DNA from: Entomortierella parvispora E1425 | Lineage: Eukaryota; Fungi; Mortierellomycota | DNA: 64,000 nucleotides | Direction: 5' to 3' | Assembly (NCBI GenBank): GCA_020891255.1 | Contig: BQFW01000003.1 | Coordinates: 1,364,001-1,428,000 of the forward strand | Shown: one piece after another, positions 41,140 to 54,610 of the stretch | Layout of the letters: every line of letters starts with the position of its first letter | Position numbering within the stretch: position 1 is the stretch's first letter | Program-made: the position numbers and the translations under genes | The notes under the pieces: model-generated | Databases searched by the model: none | What the model was told of the DNA's origin: nothing | What the model saw: only the letters and a program-made list of their open reading frames with translations

Positions 41140-41414
41140 CATTGACCTGAGTTCTCCCTTAGTGCACAAAATCAGCACGTCATCACAATGCACAAAAACA
41201 AACGTTCCTGACCGTCCCTCACAACACCTTTGCTTCTTCCCTTACCCTCCCCTCACCCTCCCCTCATACCCCAGACAACAGTAGCGTTGCCAGGTAGGCT
41301 GTAGCTCTATTGAAGGACGGATCAACAAAAAGAATTAGAGAAGAAATGCAACCTGAATTAACACGTTCCATTCACCAGGCAACACGAGGCCCTTACGCGA
41401 TATAGTCCTGCAAC

Positions 41415-44288
41415 ATGGAAGAGGTATGGTATGGCATGGCATGTCTCGCAGTAGGCTAATTGAGATATGTGGATACTAATGATATCGACACACTTTTGTC
41501 TTCCTGTTAGACCTATGTGGCCCCACAGGATTGCCCTGTCACCCCATCAGTCGTTGAAGACCCTGCATTTGAAGTCTGCTTCTTCTCAGATAAATCCTCG
41601 GACTCCAGCGACAATGAGGATGAGGATATCCAGGAGGCTGCTCAGGATGTCGAATACCCGGCCTCAGTGTCTTCATCGGAAGTTACTGAGAACTTGGAGA
41701 TACCCGTCGAACCCCCGAACGACCAGGAAGCTCCTGTTCCTTTGTGGACCAAGGTTTTCGGGGGCCTCCTTCCGCGGCATCCTAATCACAACCGACTAAT
41801 CGAAAAGCGCATGGACAAATCGATGGTCATTCCCTGGCTGTTTGAACAGGGGCGTCTTGCTTCAACCAAATACCTGAAGAAGGAGGAGAGGAAGTCGAAG
41901 AGTACGAAGTCCTCCCTCGAATGCTCCGTCAGATACTTCTGCCAGCACGCTGGTACCCCTAAGAAGCGCCGGCGACAGGGCAGCTCGGCTACCAAGGTTA
42001 AAGCAGAAGACGACAACTCTAGTACAGACAGCGACTGCAGCCTTAAAGAGGACCCCACCCAAGATGATTTTCCAGAGAATGTACTCAAGAAGCGTCCGCG
42101 TCAAAAGATCAGTGGCAAGGTTGGCTGTAAGTCATACGTTCTCGTCAAGTATTACAAGAACTCAGAAGAGGCCGTTGTTACATACAGACCGTACCATACA
42201 GGGCACCAAACGAATTCCATCGAGAATATCAGGCATTGTCGCCTGTCCAAATGGCGAAGGGAACAGGTTGAGAGGATGCTCGATGCAGGACACTCTCGTC
42301 GGTTCATCTATGAAAAGCTTTCGAAAGCGCCGCCGGAGGACAAGTCGCAATTCGATATTCAGTGTGCTAGAGATAGGGCCATCACGAAGGAAGACATCTA
42401 TAATATAGACATTCGTCGCCAACGGATTACTTCTCAGCTTGACCAAGATGAGAGAATATCTATGCGTCTGTGGGGAACGAAATTGCGAGAACAGGGGTTC
42501 TCCGTGTTTGAATACGATGAGGCACCTGATGGTGCTTGGTCTTCTTCCAGCAGTTTTGGGGGAAAGGATATCTTGGTGGATAATGGTCGAATGAAACGAG
42601 ACGCTCCTCGGAAACCTGCCCGTGGTAAGAATCCCACTCCTACATCAGACAGAGTGGCTTTTGCACTCATTGAGAAAATGGCTGTCGGCCTAAATCTCGA
42701 GCAGGGTCGATTGGCTGCTTTTATTGAATCCGTTGCACCCGATAAACAGCCAATTGAACCGCCAACTGCCAAGACTGGTCCCAAGGAACGGTTTGGATTT
42801 GGATTTATATCCCCTTGGCAGCGGAAGATGCTGCAACAATTCGGCGCTGGCTTTAGCATTGATGCCACCCATGGAACAACCCGTCATGACAACACGCAAC
42901 TTTACACAATTGTGGTTGCGCACTCCTCTGGAAAAGGAATACCAGTAGCTTTTTTTCTTACGAGTGATATGTCAGCTTCGGCTCTTAGCCTTTGGCTGAG
43001 TCATGTGCGGTGCCAACTCATGGTTCAAGAAGGGTCAAACAAGCCGTATTGCATTGTGAAAACAATTGTGGTTGACGACAGCTACATCGAGAAGAATGCC
43101 ATCAACTATGCCTTCGATGATGTCAAGATTCAGCTCTGCCTCTGGCACGTTCAGCGCGCATGGGCTCGAGCTCTCCCTGGCAAGATCCATCCAGATATGA
43201 CCGGCAAGAACAAAGACGAGAAGGCACAACTAAAGCGTCAGTATGACAAATCCCGCGAGGTGATCTTCAAGATGTTGCGCCGTATGATGTACACTCAAGA
43301 TCCCGACCAGGCCTCTCTACTCCAGCAAAGCCTTCGCCAGGCTCTAACGCTAGACAGTGCTTACACGGAAGTCCTCGAATACCTTGACACTACCAGCTTT
43401 ACTCTGGAGAAGCGAGAACAGTGGATGCGCGCATACCGGAGTGATGTATATTGGGCCGACATCAACACCAACAACTATGTGGAGAGCTGGCACAGTCAAC
43501 TGAAATCGAAGTTCCTGCGAGACAACAAGAGTCCCCGGCTTGACACTGTGATCAATGTACTCTCTGGTGCTGTCGTCGAATACTTCCAGAGTATTATCAA
43601 CACAGCTACGTTGAACCTCGGACGGCAATCAAAAAATACAAAAGAATATCAGGATCGATTGATTTCTGTGCAGCGTCGTTTCAGGAACTTGACCGCTCAA
43701 CAAAGGCTCCAGCTCTTCCGACATGACACCCTTTCGAACCGTCTCTGGATTACCTCGTTTGATAAGTCTGATGGGAGTGAGTACGAGATCACTGCAATTC
43801 ATACGACATATCCACCCACAATTCGGGCCTGTGAGTGCCCTGACTTCAAGCGCCGTCTTCAGCCTTGCAAACATATCATTGCTGCTACCCTCATGTTTCC
43901 AAACATTCAACTACCAGTTGACAACAACTTTCATGGGTCCATGACAACTATTGTGCTTCCAGAGTCAAAGGACACTAAGGACAAGCTATTGGCTGGCATT
44001 GAGCCTGGAGAAGAAACGGCTGCTGTCGTTTTGGGAGGGATAGAATCAATAGTAACAGGGGACGACGAAGATGAAGAACGGAGGCATCTGCAACGAGAGG
44101 CCGCGAAGTGGAGGCTTAAAGCTCTAGAGCAGATCAACATCCTATCTAGCCTCGTGCAAAGCAAAGATGACAAGGAGATGGAGGACATCACCTCCATTTT
44201 GCAACAGACAACGTTGTGTATTGGTCAGATGGTTAATAGAGCTCCTCTACACTTCAATGCCGTACACAAACGTAGACAAGTCTTCTAA
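41415..44288 (+). mobile_element. Mutator-like (MULE) DDE transposase gene with N-terminal WRKY/GCM1-type Zn finger and C-terminal SWIM; ORF intact; no termini identified
   Basis: ATG GAA GAG|intron 41424-41510|in frame with the 923-aa ORF. Motifs: RYFC...KVGCKS...YHTGH; FSIDATH (D1); IVVDDS (D2); LCLWHVQRAW (CxxH); NTNNYVESWHSQLK (E); CECPDF...PCKH (SWIM). Confidence 0.9.
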
Positions 44289-45264
44289 ATAATAATGTAA
44301 TAAACACACAGCCCACTCTATCTTCGATGCGACATGATCGATCATAGTTCAACCATATGATTTGGCAGTGTTCTTTCGCAAGTTCTGATGCAATCTCGGT
44401 TGCTGTTCCTATGGCCCAGGGTTTCCTGAGGAAATACTCCTTCTGGGAGCTCTTTTTTTTAAAAAAACAAATAAAATGGCAGCAATATCTCTATCTCAGG
44501 AACCATGATAGCTCTGAATCCGGAAGCCAAACCTCTTCCAACTTTTAATAACATGTATATCGCGACACCTGCCTATGAATAGTACTTCTTTGGAAAACAG
44601 CCAAGAGCTTGTCATCATGCTGAGGCATTACTACTGTAAAATTGTAGTCAGAAGTTCATTTTACTTTGAATGACTCATCCAATTGCCCTCTAGAGGAATC
44701 GTTCTTTGGCAGGAAAACGATACTACGTTCTTCGTACAATGTGTGGCCACCTCAGGAAAGTGCTTTCAGCCCAATTGTTGCAATTCTGACCATGGAAAGT
44801 CGAGACAAATGTCCTCAGATGCATCAAAATTCTATTTTTTTTCCAAGTCGATCACTTTGCTCCTAAGTGAAGTTCTTTTTTTCGAGGCGTGTTGACCGAA
44901 TAAAGCGCATTCACAGTATGTACATTGGAAAGGGCATGGATTCTGAAAGTTTTGGATGTATGTGGAAGAAAGTGGTGTTGTAATTGAATATACAATGGTA
45001 ACTAGCCAAAACATAGCGAACACCCTCGTCATTTTCAGTCAAAATAAGCACAACGAAGATGAACACGCTCTCAAACTTGTTCAAAACTGCTCGCGATCAC
45101 TTGAGAGGTGTATTTTTATCATATCTATCGATATTGCTAACAATCATGGCATTCTGATACGATTTGAATGACTTCACATAGAACGATGTTGTTTTTCGGA
45201 CATGTCTCCCTATACTTTGTGGGGTGATCGAGACTCCTTCCTATTTGGGCAGACAATATAAATC

Positions 45265-45381
45265 CACGTGACTAAATGACGTATGTTGTCACGTGTAGAT
45301 ATCACGTGAGAGTACGTTATATCCTACCATTATCGTTATATCCTTGCAATTCTATAAGTGCAAGGCCATATACTCCACGTG
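45265..45381. promoter_or_regulatory. Cluster of four CACGTG motifs plus a duplicated CGTTATATCCT, upstream of the ankyrin gene and downstream of the MULE
   Basis: CACGTG at 45265, 45290, 45303 and 45376. Confidence 0.45.
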
Positions 45382-45653
45382 ACGAAGTCCCTCCCGGGCC
45401 TAAACGCCACTTTTGGGGGGTGAAGAAGTATCCTCAGGCGAGACACCGTGGTCACATGCTCCGTGCGAACGAACGACGATAAATGGCCCCGGCGCAGCAT
45501 TGGTGGTGTCAGCGGACTCCGCCTGTCAGCGAAGGGGTGGCTCAGCCCCAGGTCTCGTTTTTTCTCTTCTCGTATTCTTCAAGTCCCCAGAAACACGACC
45601 CGAAAGGACAGGACCCGGACAACAACTTATCAGACCCCAAGAATATCGACATC

Positions 45654-46716
45654 ATGGATGGAATCGACTACAGGTACAATCTACACCAATCCCAGGAATG
45701 GAAATGAGGGAAACAATTCAATGACTCACCGGCCTTGCTTATCCGCATTCAGGGTTAATGATCTCCACGAGATGGCTGCAATTGGCAATCTCAAAGCTGT
45801 CTTGCATTTCTGCCAGAGTGGCGTCGATATCAATGCTCAGAACTCTATGAACAAGTGGTATGTGACTCTACAATGGATGACAGTGGATGACAGTGGAGCT
45901 TATACCGTACGTGGCGCATTGACGTCCTCTTCTTCGTATTTATGTTGTATCCCTCCCGCAGGACAGCATTGCACTGGGCAGCTCATCGTGGACATGAACC
46001 TGTTGTCCGTGCTTTGCTGATGCGTGGCGCTAAGAAAGACATCTTGAACAATAAGGGACAGACGCCAGTCGATCTTGCCAAGAAACCGGAAATTTGTGCC
46101 CTGCTTGGCAAAGAATTGGCTATAGAAGAAAAGGATGTATTAGAACAGGAAAAGCCCGCGTTTGTACCTGCCTATCTCGCTCAGCCCGATCTCTCAAAAC
46201 TGTGGTCATTGCCGGACGGATCGACGGACGATCCAAAGTTGAATCAGGAGGCGTTTTTGTTGTCGAACCCCAACATTCCACCATCCACCCCTGTACCCGT
46301 TCCTCGGACTGGCCTTGCATCGCCATCATCCTCATTACCAACACTGACATCCGCGTCTGAGGGTCATGGTAATGATTTAATAACGCATTTTTGTGTTTGC
46401 TATCTGCCTTGATTAAGATACTGATCCGCCGAGACCTTTTATCGAACGACAATTAGCGGCCAAAGAGATTCTTGTTTACCGTCAAACAGCGACAGATGAC
46501 AACTTGTTGGGCGCTATCTTCGCTAACGTGGAGGATACTATTGAAAGGACAATTGAGTTGATCAAAGAGGAAATGGACGAAGTACCCGATCAGTTCAGTA
46601 TTGGCCGGTTCAATGGTTCCAAGACGATCCCCGTCAATACCAAGCAGTATGGTCACAAGACAGGCGATTTTTTCAAAGGCGACGAAGATGCGATCGTGCT
46701 CCTCTCCAAGACCTAG
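45654..46716 (+). CDS. Ankyrin-repeat protein resembling ANKRD40; multi-exon
   Basis: Spliced MDGIDYR|VNDLHEMAAIGNLKAVLHFCQSGVDINAQNSMNKW|TALHWAAHRGHEPVVRALLMRGAKKDILNNKGQTPVDLA, Pro-rich linker, small C-terminal domain. Confidence 0.75.
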
Positions 46717-47066
46717 TAGATCCAACAGAGAGAATAAATCGATTTTTTTCACTCTGTATCACGTGCAAACCATGCCCCCCTTTTTGTTCCCTCTGTCGGT
46801 GCCCCTTTTCCACGTCCTTCCTTCCTTCCCTCCACCTCGCTTCCTCTCGTACTTGCTTCCTTGCATCTGTTGACCAACTGCTCATTCACTTCGAACTCTT
46901 TTCACGATTCGTGATCTCTTTTTTCCAAATTTCTTTTTGGCCATCGAAACAACCAACATCAACAACAATAACAACAATACCAGCAATAACAAGTAGCAGC
47001 GACAACAAGTCCAACTAGCAACTATTCAGAACAGACTACAGGCATTCACCTATCTATCCATCCATC

Positions 47067-49097
47067 ATGGACACGGACTCCTCACTGACCGTTGTCATCA
47101 TCTCGCCGACCCATAGTCCACATCGGTTCACATTGGATTTGGCCTGCAAGTCGACCATTCTGCAGCTGAAAGACCTCATTGCCATCAGGCTACAGAATGG
47201 CGCCGACACCCTCCTAACATCCGCAGACCAGCGCCTTATTTACGGGGGCCGCATTCTTGAAGATAGCGAGACCCTGGACAGTATCTTTGAAAAGGTACAC
47301 AGACGAACCCTGCTTACTGACGGGGAGAAGTCCATTTACATATCTAATTCCTTTCCGTTGTCATCCCATCACCCCCGTTTCCAGGTCGATTGCTCAAATG
47401 CACCGACAATTCACTTGGTGGTATCACAACGACACGCATCCGGCAGTGGACAACAACAGCACCAAAGGACAAGTGCACCTGGCACACCTTCGCCCCTTCG
47501 TTTCCGAATGCAATCAGACAGGGAGCATAGTACTTCGACTGGCAGCGGCAACCAGAATGGCAACAACACGGCTGCAACCTCATCCACGAACTTGAATGCC
47601 AGTCTCTTTACGCCCATGACCCGATCGTCATCAGAACCGCTATCCGCATTGCCATTCCAGGCCACTGTTTCTGGAACTGCGACATCGGCTGCTGCTCAGC
47701 CGAAACAGGCAAATGCGTCCCCGGTGCCTCAGTTCGCGCCTTCGCTGTTGCCACTGCAGCATGTGCTGGTCAAGTAAGTTTTCCTTTTCTGTTTGTGTAT
47801 TTGTGTTTGTCCCTTCCCTTCTGCCTTCCTTCGTTTGTACCCGCTGTCGTTGCACTCTACTCGCACGACCCAAGCACACGACCCGCCAAGGTCAGAGCGG
47901 GAGCACGCCAGTCAGGGCAAATAGGATTTGAGCACGTCGGGAGCGCCAGTCAGTTTCAGCGGCTATTTTTTGTGAATGAATCTAACTAACGAATGCCTCT
48001 GTTTTATACACACAGCGGGATGCCCTATCTCGTACCGGCAGCCTACATGCCCATGCTCCACCTCCAGCAGCAAATCCAACTCAACGCACTTCATCCGTAT
48101 CTGGGTCCATCCATGGCGACCAACATGGATGGCACAATTTACTATCAACATATACCCTCGCAAGGACCGGCTCACCTTGGACATGGACTGGCGGCGGCCC
48201 AGGCTGCAGGACAAGCGGGAGGCGCTGCAGCCCTTGCTGGTGGCGGTCAAGAACTGAACGCAAGGGACCAGGCTGTGCGAGACCAGCGCAGAGCTGCCTC
48301 TCTGTGGCTCTTTTTAAAGCTTGCCTTTGGCGTCTATCTGTTTAGTCAAAACGGGAGCATCGAGCGTATCGTGCTACTGAACATTGCGGCACTGATTATT
48401 TTCTTGTAAGAATGACCTCATACTTACTGATTGACATTTCCTTGAGTTGAGTCCACTAACTTGTCTGTGAATGTTACATTTCTTATGATTGGATAGACAC
48501 CAAACTGGTCGATTACGAATCGTGCGAAGGATTGTGCACCAGCCAGGAGATCAGGCTCAAGCAGGATATAACCCCGCAGCTCCGGGAGGGGCTATGCCGC
48601 CACCCCCACAGGCGGCGTCAGCACCAGCACAACACCGGACAACGACCTCTACCTCAACTTCAACCTCAAACTCAAGTTCCACCCCAAGTGCGACAACGCC
48701 TTCCCTAGAAAGCAAATTGAACGAAAATAGCAGCAACTCCTCCGCCCCCTACGCTGGATCTTCCAGTGCCAACACTACCGGCAGCAACGATACCCACCTC
48801 TCCTCAAATTCATCCCCCCCTTCTCTTTCCAAGACAGCGAATGTGTCACAGTCAAACGACGACTCGACGTCGTCTACGAATGGCCAAGTGCAGGAGGCAG
48901 CTGAAGGCAACCATGCGGAGCAGCGGCAACAGCAACAGCAACAGCAGCAACCAGAACAACAACAGCCACGGATGTCGACATGGCGGAGTATTGAATACGC
49001 GCTTTTGACGTTTATTACTTCCCTTGTACCTGCACCTCCTCCTGAGATTGATCCCGCAGTGGCGAATGCTGCAGCTGCAGGCGAACGTGGCATGTAA
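47067..49097 (+). CDS. Ubiquitin-like-domain ER membrane protein (HERP/Usa1-like), multi-exon
   Basis: N-terminal Ubl (TILQLKDLI...QRLIYGGRILEDSETL), then hydrophobic SLWLFLKLAFGVYLFS...IVLLNIAALIIFL and C-terminal IEYALLTFITSLVP. Confidence 0.75.
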
Positions 49098-49372
49098 AGC
49101 GCGAAGAAAAAACAAGACTAGGAAATGAACAACTATAGTGCACGTAGTCTTCCTTCGGTCAAAAATATATATATGAGTTACCACCGTTTTCAAACCTCAG
49201 TGATACAGAGAGGAGATCCTCAACTACTACGATTGCGCAGAAAAGGCTGTGGTGTGGAAACATGAGATCTCGCTCTTTGTAATTCCTGTTTAGAAAAACT
49301 CGGGAGAAAGAATAACCCGATGTAGTTTGGAGCGCGTCGTCTTCATGCAAATTCTCGAAATACTATTTGTCT

Positions 49373-50346
49373 TTATTCTATGGCCGATCGCTACGCACTG
49401 TCTGAACGGTGGAGGGCTCCAAGGGCAAGAGTGCGGCAGCTACCTCTCTGCCTTCTTCTGCCAGCATGTTGTAGGTTGCAGCAGCGTTGGCCTAAATTGT
49501 AGTAATAATGTAAAAGAGAATGGGTAAATGACACAAAAGACAACCCACTTGATAGCCCCACACCTTTGCCTCTTATCCGATATTTTGATTGTCTTTTGAT
49601 AAAGATCAAGATCAATTACCGTGCTCATCATGTCAACCTGGAGGCCTAGACTCCGGATCACCGATCGAACAGCAGGGCTCAGAGGCGCAAAAGCCTTTCC
49701 GGTTCCGACAACGAGAATTTCTAAACCGGGCAAGCAAAAGGACCATGGGGAAAGGTTAGACGATGCTGTCCGAAGCAAATTTGCTTTTTTTCTTCCCCCA
49801 AAGTCAAGGAGCTTTGATTCTTGTACCTGGCCGGGGATTCATCAGCTCAAAGATCTTAAAGATCTCACGGGCAGTAGGCTCATCCATGGTCTCAAAGATG
49901 GATCTAGCTGTCGTTCCTGTACCTGTCGTCGCAGTTGTGGTGGCTGAAAGAGATCGATCCACAGCTCCTCCCTTCTGGAAGATGTCCCACAAAAAGACTT
50001 GACCGCCGATGCAAAGGACAGGACCCTGAAGGGTGATAGCTTCTGTGGTGACAAATCCATGTTTTGTGCAGGTAGTGATGGAGACAGTTTTTGACTCGCG
50101 ATCGTTAAACATGTTCATGAATCCAGAAATGGCGCTGTCTGCATCCTCATGAGCTCCTGGCATAGGTACACTCTTTTGGCGGAGAGTGGATGTGGATGCG
50201 GTCGAGTCCTGTCCAGGGGTAGCGTTTCCTGAGCCTGCTGGTCGCAGGAGTGATGCAGCTGCAGTGAATGGTCTTGAGTGCTTCAAGGCGATTCTGGGCC
50301 TGAATGTCTGGAGGACGGATCTCCTGAGTATAGCGGCAGTCGACAT
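49373..50346 (-). CDS. NDUFAF3: Complex I assembly factor NDUFAF3 (Mth938 domain); 3 exons
   Basis: Arg-rich mitochondrial presequence; GPVLCIGGQVFLW, EILVVGTG, spliced NAAATYNMLAEEGREVAAALLP. Confidence 0.9.
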
Positions 50347-50953
50347 GGTAATAATAAAACGAATGAGAAAGCGTGAGGTAATAAAATCCGTTGAAAGTCC
50401 GTTGTCCGTTGTTCCTTCCTGTCCTGTTTGGTGCGGCGCTGCTCTTGAGGTGAAGACGGAGAAGAAGAAAAGGAAGCGAGGCGACAAGAGTAGGAAGCAG
50501 CCCAGTTTACAACCGGAACCGCGGTTGGCTGCGTGCAACTGGCAAGAGAAACAGAGACAGTCACAGGGCAAACCGCGCTCTTTCTCTTTTCTCGTAACCT
50601 CTTCTTTCTTGTCTCCTCCTCTTCCTTCGCTGCCGTTCAGACCTCTTTTTCTCTTTCCGTCTCTTGCATTATCACTGCTTCGCTGTTGTTTCTTCTCCTT
50701 TCGTTACTCATCTCGTCCATCCTGAGTTTTCTAGGGGTTGACCTTTGCCTTTCGCGTCGTCTTCGGACTTTTGTCCAACTCGTGCCTGCTTCCATTCTCG
50801 TCTTCTTGGTTCTCCCACCCTTTCTGTTCCTCTCCTCAGTCATCAACTTCGAACGAAAAAGATCCTTTTCCTCCCTTTTGACCGATCTACCTCTCTCTTC
50901 CTTCTCCTTCTCCCTCTCGCTCACACCCTAGCCACCCAAGCCCTGCTTATTCC

Positions 50954-53197
50954 ATGCCCAGCGCCATGGACATTGACCCCCCTGAAGACCGTCTTAGCGC
51001 CAGCAGCGGCGATCGCTATAGCACCAGCTCTACCAACTCGAGTAAGCACACGAGTCCTGCGCCATCCAATCGATCCCAATCCCCCTCGCTCAAGAACGCA
51101 AAAGGCAAACTCTTTCAATGTTCTGGATTCGGGGACTGCCGTATGGTCTTTACTCGAAGTGAGCACTTGGCGCGACATGCCCGGTAAAGTCGGCTATTTC
51201 ATCTTCACAGTTCCATTTTCTTCTCTTTACCTCTCCACCCTGCATCTCCTTGTGTTCGCTTCCCTGTCCCAGCAAGCACGCGAAAAGAAGCCCTCATCTT
51301 CGTGTGCCCTCGTATTTGTTCCTGATTTTTTTACTGTTTGTTTGTCCCACCCATGGGCTTTCTACCCTTGTTTTCGACAATTGGGGGACACAAAAAATAC
51401 CAGATCTCCAATCCCAATGTCCAATGTCCATTGTTCCTGAATTGAACGTCTTCCTTCTTCTTTTGGACCATCCCCCTTTCCTTTGACAAATTTCTTCTGT
51501 GTGCGCGTGGATGCGCCTTTGTGCGTGTCTGAGTTTCAGTTACCTTCATCTGGCCTGGAAAGTGATGGAGGCATATCCTCCGTCTCTCGCCCCACCCCTT
51601 TACCTTCTTTGGCGGGCCCTCCCGTTCTCCTCCTGCCATCAGGAACCCTCGGATCTCTTTTTTCTCTGGTCGTGATGCCCCCTCCTGTTATTTTTCTTTT
51701 TCAGCCTGGATGGACCGTGCCCCGTCGAGCTTCAACTTAAAAAAACGTGGACTCCCACATGTTTGAGATGCATACTGACGTTACGTTTCCTGGGTCTGAT
51801 CCCCTCTTTCTCTTCTTGGTCTTCTGCTCTCCTCTTTTCTGTCATCGTTTTTACGGGATATGTTGTTCCTGAACAGAAAACACACAGGCGAGAAACCATT
51901 CCAATGTGTAGTCGACGGATGTACAAGAATGTTTAGTCGATTTGATAACATGGTCCAACACACACAGACCCATACCAAGGGTGCTAAACGTGAATCCTCA
52001 GCCGGTATTGCCAAAAAGATTGAAATCGAGAGTCGTCGGCGGAGTGAGGCTGGCTTGATTGGTGGCTCTGGTCACGGAGCCAGAGCAGGCAGTAGTAGCA
52101 CTGCCGGCAGCTCCAAGGGATCCAAGAACCCTAAAAAGTCGTCGAACTTGGCTGGTGCTAAGAAGAATCGAGTTCATTCATTACCGACTTTGAAGTTGGA
52201 ATCATCCACATCTCCATCCTCATTGTCCCTATCGAGTGGACGGGTGGTCAAGCGTCCACCTTCCTCGCGTGGTCACTCACCAGAGCCGATTCGATCCAAC
52301 AGCAAGGGCAATATTAGTGGCAATGGTGGCACGATGAGAGAATCGGGCAAGATCCGGAAAAAGTCCCAGAGCGGCACCAATAATCCTAGCTCAGATCCCA
52401 GAGGGTCAACGTCTTCTACCGGGGGGATGTCGTGGTACGCCTCCAAACTGCACCACAAGTCCAGCATTGACTTTGGCAGGCTGAACCACAACAGTGCCAC
52501 TGGTGGACTGGATGCACATCTACCACCACTGCGTCTCGGTTGTCACCATCAACAACAATATGAATACTCCAGGGATCCGATGGCGGCCTCATTTGGTCGC
52601 CCCCGTCACCCTCTTTCACCGGATCGCTCTTCTAACTCAGACGATGAGGAAGCGGAGGGGGATGGAGAAGAGGATCAGGAGATAGATCTGAGCTATCGTC
52701 CCACTCAACAGGATAATCGACGGGATCGCCAACCTTGGGGGGGAATGGTCGATTCGTCCATGGATCATCTCACGCTACCTCCTCTGCGTGGTGGCGAATC
52801 AGGTCACCTCCACCAAAGAAACGGTCGACTGCCTTCGTTCGGCCACCCATCATCAGGCTCACGTTATCGTTCACACAGTCTCAACTTTGATTACCCATCT
52901 CATTTACAACATCATCAACAGCATCAGCAACAGCATCCTTCATACCACGAGCAAGAGCATCGCGAGGCTTACGCGCCCAAAACTCGTCGATTGTCCTTGG
53001 CAGATTTGGAAACTCCCATCCAAGAAACCAAGAAAGTTGTCCATCAGTCCTTCATCCATGGTGGAGACGATGCTGCGGTCCTTGAAGCAGCAGCGGCTTT
53101 TGAGGGTGGCGTCGATGTTTCGGAAGATGAAATCCAGGCCTTGGAAGCATTCGGAGAGCTCTGGTCTCAGGGTCGTGATGTAGCCCAAGCCAATTGA
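50954..53197 (+). CDS. Two-finger C2H2 transcription factor (Usv1/Nsf1-like); the fingers are separated by an intron of about 0.7 kb
   Basis: [24 protein letters not shown]|[32 protein letters not shown] followed by a long disordered tail. Confidence 0.85.
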
Positions 53198-54610
53198 AAA
53201 ATATGGCCCTATGTCCACTGCAGGATGAAGCATCTAACTTCTCCCTTAATGCCTTAGTAATGGCGCGTCTTTTTGATGCGCAATGTTTATCTTATTGTAA
53301 AAGTCGAAGTCTCCCTCTTTTCTCTCTCTCCCTCTCCCTTTCTCCCCTTGAACTGATTGTAAATATAGTAACTGTGTCGTTCATTAGATCATGGAAGTAG
53401 GAGTGAGAAGTTGTTACGGTATCAAATAAAAACAAACCAAATTCTACAAGTGTCATTAATTCTCTGCGTGTGATGTTTGCTCCTCGGTTAGCCCTCTCAA
53501 AGCAGTGATGATAGGACTGAGAACCCAGTGTCAGGATGTGAGTGTCAACGCGTCGTGGTGGCGTCTCTTGGCGCGTATGTAAATACTATCCCTGTTCCTG
53601 GCTAGAATCAATCGAAACCGGCTTCTGTTAATATTTGAATTAACAATTCTATTCACTACTAGGACACTCACGATGACCCCATGCTGGATACTCACTCATT
53701 GCAATATCTTTTTTTTTTTTTTTTTTTTTTTTTTTGAAAGAGAGAGATCCCTATCTTCTATCGCTCCATTTCTTTGTTTGTTCTCTAAAACTTTTGAAAG
53801 TCGGGAATGTTGCCAACTTTCCTGTCAGCTAACACAGCAAACCAATATCCAAGAATGTTTGGTTTGGAGGGGATCGATTGAAGGGTAATATCGCTCAAGT
53901 ATAATTTTTCCGCACCCATGTCCATAGGATGCTCCCTTGACTCGAGTTCTCCTGAAGAAGACCTGCTGTTTCTTGAAGGTACTAAAAGCTGACCAGTTCT
54001 TATTACTCCCTCAAGTGTTTGAAAGGATATTGTATTCCGAAGATGGAGTTTGAGAAAGGGTTTATCTTTATTGTTAGCTCTTTGAGTTCTAGACGGGAAA
54101 GAGCGCTGGACCAGAAAATCAAGTGGTAGAAACCAGTGAACAAAGGATGCTCAGAGACCCACACAGGCAGCCCGGATCAGCTCTCTTCGCTGAGCACTAA
54201 TAATAATAATAGCATATATTATAACCTCACATCTACTTTCCCATTTGCAATCTGCAATAGAGTAGAAGCGACATCCGAGAGCGGGGAGCGCTGATAGGCA
54301 AGTTCAATCAAGTTCAGGAACGCGTTGGCTTCCCTGCAGAGAAAAAGTTGGGCCACAAAAACGTCACAATATGCGCACAGTGGCTCTCAACACGTGACCC
54401 AACGTCACACACGGCGAGGAAAATAGAATTATGTTCCTGCCTGGCACGTCGTTGTGTCGCTACAAGGACACTGCTGCTTACCAGACCAGACCAGGTTGGA
54501 CTGGACTTGCATAAATACGTTGGGCCATCATCATCTTTTTTCTTTCTCTTTTTCATTTATACAGACCTACCCTTCACCCTTTTCCTCCCACTCTTTATCT
54601 TTATTCAGCC

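Noticed and set aside
53880-54260. Possible relic reading frame on the minus strand upstream of cofilin
   Set aside because: Short, stop-interrupted and unassignable
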